A stretch of DNA of 64,000 bases, taken from the NCBI GenBank assembly GCA_973895155.1, contig OZ316895.1, positions 14,194,225 to 14,258,224 of the forward strand, given 5' to 3'. Positions 1 to 11,076 of this stretch are shown one piece after another (the stretch's first letter is position 1; each line of letters opens with the position of its first letter). Both the position numbers and the translations under genes were made by a program. The DNA is from Marsupella aquatica (lineage: Eukaryota; Plantae; Marchantiophyta). Under the pieces are notes generated by a model that was given only the letters and a program-made list of their open reading frames with translations, was not told the DNA's origin and did not search any database.

Positions 1-2198
1 ACATCCATTTGATCTAACACCAGATCAAAAAACACAACAAGTTGACACAAAATTCGTATCGTGGAATACTTGGCAACTGGAGAGAAGACCTCATTGTAAT
101 CCACTCCCTTCTCTTGAGTGAATCCCTTGGCAACAAGCCTTGCCTTGTATATCTTGTCTCCTCCATCTGTAGAGTTGTCCTTCAGCTTGTAAATCCACTT
201 GCTATCCACCACTTGTTGATCACTTGGCAGCTGCACCAGCTCCCATGTTCTATTGTCACTTAAAGATTGTAACTCCCTCTGCATCGCTGCATTCCATTCA
301 TCTTTCTCGTCTGAAATGCACGCCTCATGATAAGAAGAAGGTTCTCCTTCTTCCAAGATCAGTGCTCTGTCATCATCTTCAGGTGCAATGTCAATAGCAT
401 CTAACCTTGATGAATCTGTCCATTCTCCATACCTTGTAGGAGCTCGAGTAGTACGTCTTGATTTTTTAGCTGATGATTCTGGTTGATCTTGTTCTGTTGG
501 TTGAATTTGAGGTATTCCAACAACAACTTGCTCCTCTTGTTCCAATACCGGAACCAACTCCATTCTCAAAGCACCTCCTTCATTTATGTCATGAAAAATC
601 TCATGACCAATCTCCCCCACAACATGGTCTAGGATAGGAGATTTACCTTTGTCAGTACGGGAAGCCTGAGCATTCTCCCCCTCCTTTGATGATCTGGATT
701 CATTAAAGGATACATCTCTACTGACAAGCAACGTACAAGCTTCTGGATCCCATAGCCTGTAACCTTTCACACCTGGTTGATAACCAAGAAAAAGACACTT
801 CTTGGAAGTAGAATCTAGTTTAGATCGATTCTGCTTAGGTGTGAGAGCACATGCATCACTTCCAAAGACTCTAAAAACCTGATAGTCTGCGTGCCGTCCA
901 TACCTCATTTCAAACGGCATTTTGAAATTGAGTGCACTTGAAGGAGAAAGATTTACCAAATAAGCTGTCGTATTTATAGCTTCAGCCCAAAATTCATGCG
1001 GTAAACCTGATTGGCTCAACATACTCCTCGATCGCTCCAATAGTGTTCGGTTTAGCCGCTCACAAACACCATTCTGTTGAGGAGTATAAATTGTCGTGAG
1101 ATGACGAGTAATCCCTTGCTTTGCACAATATAGTTCAAATTCACTTGAACTATACTCCCCGCCGTTATCTGATCGCAGATATCTCACCTTGGATCCAGTC
1201 TGATTCTCAATTTGGGCTTTCCACTTCTTAAAAGTGCCAAAAACTTCAGACTTGGCTTGTAGAAATGTGATCCACACATACCGTGAGTAATCATCAATGA
1301 ACGTGACATAGTACAATTTTCCAGAAAGTGAGGGAGTTGGGGCTGGACCCCACACATCACTATGTACATACTCAAGTATAGCTTTGGTATTGTGAGTTCC
1401 AACACCAAAGGTTCTCCTGTGCTGCTTCCCAAGTACACAGTGTTCACAAAAATCTAGCTTAGTAGATTCCAAATTAGAAAGAAGTCCTTTCCTGCAAAGT
1501 ACCGCCAAACCCTTTTCACTCATGTGTCCCAATCTGCAGTGCCATAACTGAGTCATCTCGCCTTGAGATCTAGTTACATTGGCTTCTTCACAAATCACGT
1601 TGCCCTCCAATAAATATAGATTCCTGTGCCGCTTACCCTTCATGACAACCTTGCCTCCGGTTGACACTTGAAGAATACCATCAGTAGAACTCCACCGACA
1701 TCCATTTGCTTCCAGCATTCCAAGAGAAATCAAGTTCTTTTTCATGTCAGGTATGTGTCTGACATTACTCACTGTTCGCACAGCTCCATCAAACATCTGA
1801 ATTTTCACGGATCCAATTCCAACAATTTGACAAGGATGATCATTCCCCATCAACACGGAACCGGTTGATACTGAGTAAGAAGTAAAAAACTCTTTCATAC
1901 AACAAATATGATAGGTACAGACACAATCTAAAATCCATTCATCACCGTTGTTACTGGATGAAATGCAAAGGGCAACATCTGGACTTCAGAAGATTTCATC
2001 ATCAAGCAAGTCAATCATATCAACATCAGTGGCTGCGTTTGCTGATGGTTGATGAGTTTGCTTGACTCGACAGTCTCGTTTCATGTGGCCAGGCTTGTTA
2101 CATTTCCAGCATATAATTGGTTTCCTTTCTAGAGATTTCTCTCTAGACCTGGATCTAGACTTAGACCGAGCCTTCTCCTTACCTCTATTCCGTGAGGG
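1..2198 (-). mobile_element. Ty1/copia fragment (gag C-terminus, protease, integrase, start of RT); inverted near-identical duplicate of 35669-37866
   Basis: Mirror coordinates sum to 37867 (ORFs 42..263/37604..37825, 1184..1447/36420..36683, 1986..2384/35483..35881 translate identically); zinc knuckle CWKCNKPGHMKRDC; only scattered SNPs versus 35669-37866. Confidence 0.95.
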
Positions 2199-2230
2199 AA
2201 CAAGAAGCCTTAAATGATGAGTAACAAGCC
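2199..2230 (+). repeat. Terminal inverted repeat, transposase end, copy 1
   Basis: aacaagaagccttaaatgatgagtaacaagcc; 27/32 match to reverse complement of 10328-10359, first 15 bp perfect. Confidence 0.9.
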
Positions 2231-2758
2231 CATACTTTAGGAACTCTAGCCAAAAAATCAGAAAAACAACGAAAAAGTCAAAAAAAGTGCAAAAATTAGC
2301 ACCTATTTTAGAGCAAAAATATGGAGCGAACAAAATATGACATAAACTAGCTATGTTTTGACACCTAAAAATGACCAAATTCATCTGAAGTTACATTCCA
2401 CCAATAAATGATCTCAAATACAACACTATTATCTACAATGGTCTCACAATTACACGAGGTGTCTTTTGAAACAACAACTAAATCACCTCCAAAAGCCATT
2501 GTCATTTAAAAACCAGAAAATAAATTACTACAACTTAACCTGATACACATTATTGTGAAAAGAAGACAAGGAGAATAGAAATGACACCATCTAATTGAAT
2601 TGAAACACAACCCACTAAGATAATATTAAACTACAAATTTCTCAAGAAACTTTAACCATGAATTCATGAATAAGTGGTAAAGGCATTTTGAAAATTTGTA
2701 AATTTTCAAGTTATCCATGTTTTTCAATGGTAATGTCACAAACAATAACTACTTTTCA

Positions 2759-5700
2759 TTACTCAGATCCAGAAGTTCTCAATTCTTGAAACAAAATATC
2801 CCTAGATTTATCTCCTAGCGGGGTTCTAGTTGATCCATTCTCTTGTTCTTGCTCTTTCTCTTCTGCCAAAAATTCAGTCAATCGGATTTTGATTCGATCT
2901 ACTATCTTTTTGTACAATGTATCAGATTTTGTCAACATGAAGTTGTAAGCAAAAACAGTCGTTGAAGATAAATCAAGCTCTTGGTGAAACCATATTGGTT
3001 TCAAAGTTCCTTTCCCACGACCACTTTTCTTCTTTTCGTAGTTTAAGACTTCTGGTAAGTACTTGGCTTTCCAAGGATCTGACCCGGTTTTTGGAGCATG
3101 CCATAAAACATAAATCATTTTTGGAATGTTGAACTCGTCGCGCTGGTCAATTCTTTCCACCTTGGCCACCCAAAATGTTTCCGATTCTTCTCCAGCAACA
3201 GAAATATAAGTGTTGACTTCAAGATCCGAAAAGTCTCCTTCCATATTCTCCTTCTCTGCATCTATCTTTCCTTGATTCCGATAAGGACCCACGTATATAT
3301 CTCTGGTAGGTCCGTATACTCTCTCTTCAATTTCCTCTTCATTGACAAGGACTCTGGGAACTTCAGCAGCAACAGCAATCTCCCTTTGGGAGCGTGGCCA
3401 TTGAAAAGGGAAAATCAATGGTCTTTGATCAAGGAGCAAAGATTTATTCAATTCCCGTTGCTCTTCAAAAAACATTCTCCACCAGTTCACTTCCTCTTCT
3501 AAGAATAAAGTTTCAACTGCAAGTATTCCCTTTTGAATCTCATTTAACGAATCATCCATCTCCTTCAAAGTCATTCTTGAAGAACTAGACATATTTGGTT
3601 GAGTCCTTGTAACGTTCTTATCCCCCTTTTTGAAAAGGGGTAATCCGGGAGCACAACCCATCACCTTTTCTGGCTCCTCTTCCCTCAAAAATTTCACGCC
3701 TCCGTCAGGTTTCCAAGTTGAGTCCGTGGAAAACTTCTTCCCCCATTGGGTTGGAACTTGATTTTCCAACTTTTCAAATGCAAATTTGTACTAGTGGTGG
3801 AAGGTAACATTTCGAATCCTTTCAATGACTAAAGGTGGATCTGAGAAGGCATATTGACGGAAATCATATGTTTCCTTTAAAAGAGCGATATTTGGTTGGG
3901 GTTGATATGATTCACAAATAATATCACATAGGCTTTCGTATGTGAATGCCTTAAACCTTGCTAGTCGTTTAGAAAATCGACTGAACATTTGATCTATTTG
4001 GTCGTGTGTGTGTCCAACCAACAAGAATCCTAGTTTGATTTTCCAAAAAACCTTTCTTCGAATCAACATATGAAGATAGGCAAAGAGTAAATTATTTTTA
4101 TTTTCTCTACTGGTATTATCAAGTTGAAGATAGAGAACAGGCGGCAAGCCACCAGGCTTTTCTTCCCATTCGTGAAACACCCTTTGCAGGATTGTGACTG
4201 TCAAGTTTCCATCATTATGCAATACAGGATAATTAAGAAACACTCTTGAAAATAGTGCACCATTGAAAACCAGGCATCCGACAATGTGCATTTGGATCAA
4301 ACATGTTTCGTCCACCGATTTTGGGGGCCGCGGCCAATGAGGCAACCTTGTCTTCTTCTGATCCATCCCATCAATGACAACTCCCAAATATTTATCAGAA
4401 TTTGAAAAACATTTCTTACGATGCTTCGCGAGTTTCTCACGTTCTTTGGATTGTTGGTCTCTATGTTTTTGTAACATAATTTCCCCTCGCCCTGGAAAAA
4501 CAACTTGTTAGTTTCTTCAAAAAAAATTAGAAATCATGTGTTAAGCCATATTCTTGAAACAAAAACTTGTCAAACTTGTAAGCAACTTACTCTTTTCGGT
4601 GTCCGAGACAGCTTTGTCCCGAATTGATTTGAACTCCTCGCAATCCGCGCAAGCACTGAATCGATTGACTGGAGGAATCTTCACATGACCAAATTCTTGA
4701 ACCCAAACTTTCAAGAATTGTCGATAGGATATTTTTGAAGATTCATCAATCTTGGCATAGTTGGAGTCGTAGATCTTCCATACCTCCAGCTTTGAATAAT
4801 TATCCGGTAAATGTGAAACTTCTTTATTTGGCAATGTTTCCACGCGTGTCTCAAAAAACGACCTAAGCCAACTGACCAAGACTAATCTTTTAACAGATGG
4901 AGGGCGTCCAACTGGTTTAGAATATCCTAAGTCTTGGTTGTCTAATTTCAAAATTCTATTTAATCTATGATTGCCAACGCAAAATATAAGCTTGAAAGCT
5001 TTCCGACAAATAATCTTTTGACCAAACGTGTAAGATATAGTCTGCCTCCCTCCTTCATTTCCGTCTCGCTTTATAAGCCACTGCAAAGATAAAGATCGAT
5101 CCTGAGATTTTTGCCTCAAAAATTTAGAACGGGCCTCACGAATTTCTTTTGGAGATAGACTTAGGAGACAATGACTCTGACAACAGTACTTACTATTTGT
5201 TTTCTTGATATCCTCCTCTTTCAACTTTGTTTCACACAAAGTGGCGTTGCTCGTACGTTTGTAACGACTAGATGCCACCGGAACATCATCATCCTCCCCA
5301 CTCTCCGAAGACTCGCTTTCATTCGATGATGAAATGGTCACCAACATTTGCTTCTGAACATGCCTAGATTCCAGACCTGCAGCCTTCGGAGATGGAGGCT
5401 CTTCCTTCACTCTATGCACCCTTGGAATACCTGGGCGTATTTCAGAAATCCCTCCATTACCGTGTAGGGACCCTTTCAATATTTTCCTAGGGTCCCTCTC
5501 CACCAGGTTGGTTTCCCTGTTTGAGTTTCCGTGACTTGATCCGCTCCCTGCCCCAACACCATGACTCCTAGGTAAAACTGAGGAACGCACATTAGAATTC
5601 TTTTCTGGAATACTTTTCAATAACACTGGTCGTCTAGTTTCTTCCCTCATCCCCCTGTGAAATGTTTCCGACGTTGGCTTACCAAAGGTTTTACTTTTTG

Positions 5701-6157
5701 GCATTTGCTTCAGCCGCTGAACACTTTGCAGACTGCAAAAATCTCTGTCATTTTCCCCACTTAGTGCCTTCTTCGTCTTTCCAAATCCAGTCTTCATGAA
5801 TTCATGAGACCGTTTCCCAGACATCCAAATAGGCATTGAACCTTCCAGATTACTCCCCAATTTGTCCTTTGTTGGTGACAAAGGAGATACAACTTGACGT
5901 CCAGGGGGACCAATACTCTCCAAGGAGTCAGAGGAGCTCCCTGACCTCTCTTTACCACCGACCAATGATTTCTTCCCACTAATTGCAAGTCGTAAAGGAC
6001 TACGTTTTAACTTGCTCATAGGGGTGGGGGGTGGCATATCTAAAACAGTAGTTATTCCAGGGATATCTGGGCCAACCACTGTGCAGGGGCCATCCGGCAA
6101 TGAAACATCATCAGAAACTCCATCTGAATAATCATCTGATTCGTAACACGCCGCCAT
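2759..6157 (-). pseudogene. Sola1-like DDD transposase, 2 exons (6157-4591, 4491-2759), ~1099 codons with one in-frame TAG at 3791-3793
   Basis: ORFs 4541..6157, 3791..4477, 2759..3769 join in frame through a GT-AG intron (4590-4492, CTAAC branch site) and across one stop; motifs SACADC, IDGMDQKK..P, LYLQLDNTSRENKN, FLLVGHTHDQIDQMFS. Confidence 0.8.
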
Positions 6158-6700
6158 TGGAAAAACTAGTGCAAATTGACAGGAAACTCAGAAAATCAGT
6201 AAAATCTAACAAATGTTCTCAAAATAATGACCAAGAGTCATGAATAAACGAGCCTATTTATAGTTTTTCACGGATTGTTGGGACTTTTTAACTTCAAAAA
6301 TATCAAATATTCATGAAATTTGCAAGCTTTTTCCCGTTAATACCCCGAAATATTCATGAATAATTGGCCCAAAAACATTGATTTATCATGATTCTGGGTT
6401 AATTTTACTAAGTCGCGCCTGATCCGTGATTAGTATGTATAACCAAGGAACACGGGGCAGCCCATTCATTTTCACTCAATGTCATTTGGATTTCCTTTGT
6501 AAAAGAGTGAAAAACAATCTCGCTATCCAATTTCGTGCCATTTTCAGCACTCATCGGCGACGTGTCGCGAGTTGTCTCGGTCGCACTTCATTTCGACCCT
6601 GTTTTAGGTAGTAATTTAGGCCCTGGGTGATTTCTTCACGTCACCCCCCTCCAAACCCTATTTTAAATACCCTTCTGCATCACCGAGGTGTACAAGCAAA

Positions 6701-6811
6701 GAGAGAGGAGACTCCCTTCATGAATTCATGAAGGTCGGAGCGAGAGGGAGACTCCCTTCATGAATTCATGAAGGTCGGAGCGAGAGGGAGACTCCCTTCA
6801 TGAATTCATGA
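6701..6811. repeat. 40-bp tandem repeat (3 cores) containing the 20-bp palindrome CCTTCATGAATTCATGAAGG
   Basis: Unit cgagagggagactcccttcatgaattcatgaaggtcggag read directly; last core partial. Confidence 0.95.
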
Positions 6812-6976
6812 TAGGAGTCCTGGGGTGGCCGAGAGCGTTGTTAGATCCGTAAGGACACGGTTTTAGTAGCCATTTGTTGGCACATTCCTTGGTTCTGTGG
6901 CACTTTGTCTCGCAGGTTGGGGTTGAAGTGGACTGATTTTGTGGTATGTTCTCAGGTTTGAAGATCAGGCAAAAAC

Positions 6977-9900
6977 ATGACAATGTCGCAGGAAGAGCTG
7001 GTGGATGACATCTTTTCGCGCCATCCTTTGACGGACTTCCACAACTCATCCTGGACGATTTCCTTAGGGACGGAAACATGGAAGAAGCCCTTCCTAATGC
7101 TGTGTGTATTTGAGGGGCTTCCATCGGGGGCATTAGGGTGGGTAAATTACGGCCGCATCGATGTATTTCGACGGGGCGACGAAGTTGTGAACATGTTGAT
7201 CACAACGAAGGAAACATCAACTTTGATTGTCGTGGATGTGGAGAGGTTTTCTGGAACGGCTGCCACCTGCTATCTCGATGAGGACATCGATAGCATCATT
7301 GAGACTGTCAAGTCTCTTTCGAGTGAGGAACGTTACCACGACATCGCGGGAAAGATTTCCGGTTTTGTGTTTGAATTTCACGCTAGCACTTTAAAGAGTG
7401 CAATCCGAAAATCAAGAGAGATTCTCCGGAAAAGGTCGGCAGAGAAGGGAGTAAGTCGTCCACCCAAATCTGGGGCTTCCGGTGTTCCTTCTGGATCGAG
7501 GCCTAGCATTTTACCCGATGATATTTTGACCGTGGTAGCGCCTACAACCTCCCGGGAAGCAGCAGCATCTGGAGGGGGATCTCAAGTTGGCAGATCATCC
7601 CAGGGAACGGCTTTGACTGGTGGGTCGGCACAAGGTACGACTGGAACTCGCATTTCTTCAAAGAAGCGACCTGCTATGACTCCTGAGCCTACCGAGCCCA
7701 GTGCTACAAAGTCAAAAAAGAAGACTTTGGAGAAAATTCCAACGCATTTGGAGCAAAAGGCTCAATCAATGTCAATGGATGCACGGGTATTGTACCAGGA
7801 GGAGATTCTGGGAAGATGTGGTGTTCAAGAGGAGACCGTGACCGTTGACATTGGTCAACTTTACCCTCCAGTGAGAGAGAAGGCTGTGGGCTTGCCCATT
7901 TACCAGGTCCGACACATCCAACCATATTTCTTGACCCAATTGACCTTGCGGATGAAGACTGTAGGTGCCAGTCCACTTGCAGCTTCGTTTGTCCTCTTGG
8001 TGGATCCGAAGGAGTGTGCTACTAGGCAAGACTTTGATTTTTCAAGGAAAGCTGATTACCATTATTATGTGATTGGGGGCAACCATTCAGCCTGTGCCAA
8101 AGCAGACCTTGCTCTTCAGTTCCCTAACAACAAGGCATTTTGGAGAGTGCAATCTTGGATATTTGCGGGATTGAGTGTGCAAGAGGCAAGAAACCTTGCG
8201 TGGAGTCACAATATTGATTCTGAATTTCGACAACAGATGACGACAATCCAGAGAGTAAATTATATTCACATGAGATTTGTTGAGAATGGATTGTCGTCCA
8301 ACCAGGATTTCAAGAAAGAGTGTGCTACTGAAATCAATCTCAAGGATTGGGGTGTACGAAAGGATGCTGAGGTTCTTAATGCCAATGATAACCTATTTCA
8401 GTTGGCATTCCGACAAGATCCTGTGTGGTCATTTGTGAGGCAGATTTGTGACAAGTGGGAGATGTGTGAGATCAAAGGTCAAAAAGGAGACAAAGGCAAG
8501 AAGAAAGTCTCTAAGTCTGGAGATGCCAAATTGCCTTATGAGGACATGAAATTAACAGAGTGGAGACACATGCAGGCCTTGAAAGATCCTGATATGATTT
8601 GCCCAGTGTTACAGAGAGTTCTTACTAAAGAACTCTCTTTACAGGAAATGGGTCACGAATTTACTCGACACAAATTTCAGATGCAGGTGCAGAAGGCCCT
8701 CCTCACGTGTCTACACGAGGAGAGTTGGTCAGGTTGTAAAACCAAGTACCCTGAGCATTGCACAGACAATGTGCTTAAGAATTTTGTACCTGTTTTCCAG
8801 ACATGGGTAAGATTCTGTCACCTTTCTTTGAATGATTGTTTGAATTCATTTAATATTTGGAATCCTTGTTTCTAATTCTACAGTTCCTTTTTGTAGAAAG
8901 ATACCACCTCCCGGAAAAAGAAGGGAGATGAGGAAGGCAAAGATCTCAAGTCATTCCCGGACAAATTCAATGCGCATATTGTGCAAGCCCAAAATTGGCT
9001 ATCCATGAAGACTTCTAGTCGGCAAACCCAAGAGGGGGAACTTCATCCAAATTCGTTTGAGCATCCAGAGTTTGGTGATGTGCACTATGATATTTTTACT
9101 CATGATGCTCAGCGATTACATGAGGTGGTTCCGGGTCGGGCTTACACATTAGCTTTAGTGGATATTCCCTACGGGTTTGCATTGCCTGGATGTCTTCATG
9201 AAGACACTATTGGATGGGGAACTGAGGAGATCACAAAAATGGTCCAATCGTTCAAGGTGGCTACTACTGCAAAGTTGTGGCGTATTATCATTCACCACAG
9301 CCTTGACCAATATGAGGCCATCAAGACCATTTTGAAAGCGGAGTGTAATGGAGGGTTCCAGAATTGTGTGTGGTAAGAAATATTTGTTTTTGAAAAAAAC
9401 AACTATTAGTTATTCATGATTTCATGAACCATGTTTCTCAGTTTAAATAACTCCTTGACTTTTTGTGACTTTTCAGGGTTAAGGATAATGTGAAGAATGC
9501 TGGTGGACCAAGATTGAACAGCAACTTTGAGTGCTTTACAATTGGCTTTCACAGCCAGGATGGTAAACGGTCATTGGAGCACTTCAATTTTGACACAAAT
9601 GAATCAAGGAACAATGTGGTTGTATGCGCAGCTGTGACTAAGAAGCTGAAACACAACGGGGATAACAAGGCAGTGAATGTTTATCAGAAACCACGTGCAT
9701 TGTTAGATTGGGAAGTGAGTCATTTTAGTCAGGTTGGAGACTGGGTTTTGGATATTTGTTCAGGATCAGGGACTGGGACAACCTCCTCCTTGGCCATGGG
9801 GAGATATTGCGTTGCCATTGAGATTGACGAGCGACAGAGCAGTGTGTTGAAAGGGAGGATTCTTAACCTTGCAGATAACATTGAAGAGGAAGACGGACAG

Positions 9901-10038
9901 GGGGAGATGGATGAGGAGAGTGAGGAAGACATTCCTCAGGCCGGAGAGGATAGCGTGGTTGACGATGCCACAATTGTTCTAGAATTGACGACAGGGACTT
10001 CCGGAACCGAGGAAGGGGAAGCGGTCCCTTTGGATTAG
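6977..10038 (+). CDS. ParB/Srx-like domain fused to beta-class N6-adenine/N4-cytosine DNA methyltransferase, 3 exons (6977-8806, 8897-9372, 9477-10038), 955 aa
   Basis: Two GT-AG introns (8807-8896, 9373-9476) join the three ORFs in frame; motif IV-like LALVDIPYG, VWVKDN across intron 2, YQKPRALL, motif I VLDICSGSGT, GRYCVAIEID; YYVIGGNHS resembles the ParB/Srx core. Confidence 0.85.
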
Positions 10039-10327
10039 ACTAGATAAATAGAGGGACTCGTAGCATGTGAAACCACTTGGGCTTAAGTTGGGTTATATTT
10101 TGTAAAACTTTGAGTTTGACTTAAACTCTGATCGATGAGTTTGATTTTGATTACTTTTATAAAGTGCATATTTCAAGGTTTATACAATTGTGAGAATATC
10201 ATATAAGATATGCTTAGATTTTGGTGGTAAAATTCTCTTGAGTCTAGTTTGGAAAATACATACCATTTTTTGGTGGTTTTTTGGTATACACTTTTTAATA
10301 TCATGAAGATTTTGAAAAGAGAAATAA

Positions 10328-10359
10328 GGCTTTGGACTCATCCCTTAAGGCTTCTTGTT
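10328..10359 (-). repeat. Terminal inverted repeat, methyltransferase end, copy 1
   Basis: ggctttggactcatcccttaaggcttcttgtt. Confidence 0.9.
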
Positions 10360-10779
10360 CTTGCTTCTGCTAAGCTCCTTACCGTCATCTTATCAGGGCT
10401 TGAAACAGGTGCTCTTGTACAAAGATCTGAAGTCCATTTTGTATGATGAGGTGGTGAGCTCTTTACTGTCTGATGATGCTCCGAAGAAGTTGGGTCAAGC
10501 ACAGACAACATCTTCTTCTGCGTTGAATGTGAACCGTGGAAGATAGACTAGCGCAGTGCACGAATGGGCATAACAGATTGAGATCTACATCACGGGGGAG
10601 ATCTAAATCCAGAGGGAAATCGCAAGAGAGGAAGCCTCTTGCATGTTGAAGATGTGGTAAGCTTGGCCACATGGAAAGGGATTGTCGAGTAAAGGACCCT
10701 ACCCCATTAGCTAACGCGGTATCAAGCGCACATGAGGTAGATTTACTCGATGATGATGACATTTTATGATGCCAAGGTT

Positions 10780-11076
10780 CTCGGGGGTCTCACTATATGG
10801 GGACCTCCCCATCACCTACGACGTTTTTAGGCCTTGGACCCCCTAAAATGTAAGAAAAAATTATTATTTTTTAACCCCTATAAAGTTGGAATATTCTTGG
10901 AATATTCTAAAAATTGAATTAAAAAGGCCCTAATGTTCTTATAAGTCTCAAAATTGAATTTAAAAGACCCTATTGTTCTTCTACAAAAATTCTTAAGTTT
11001 TCCCTTACAACCAATAAAATGACCCTATCCTTCGTCGCACATGATATGCCATTTTTGTGGAAGTGAAACCCCCGAG
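10780..11076 (+). mobile_element. MITE (family 1), 297 bp
   Basis: TIR CTCGGGGGT(C/T)TCACT; 8-bp TSD ccaaggtt/ccaagatt; its removal restores the copia frame. Confidence 0.85.

Larger units (their letters stand above)
2199..10359. mobile_element. Sola1-like TIR DNA transposon carrying a ParB-like/N6-N4 DNA methyltransferase gene, copy 1 (8161 bp)
   Basis: Ends AACAAGAAGCCTTAA...TTAAGGCTTCTTGTT; near-identical reverse complement of 27468-35668 minus one 40-bp repeat unit; left flank AGGG (=CCCT site of copy 2), right flank CTTG. Confidence 0.9.

Noticed and set aside
6701-6811. Palindromic repeats as a CRISPR array
   Set aside because: Units are identical head-to-tail with no unique spacers and no cas genes; eukaryotic context
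2199-10359. Bacterial contamination or prophage as source of the methyltransferase
   Set aside because: Spliceosomal introns, TIR/TSD structure and clean junctions with plant copia sequence
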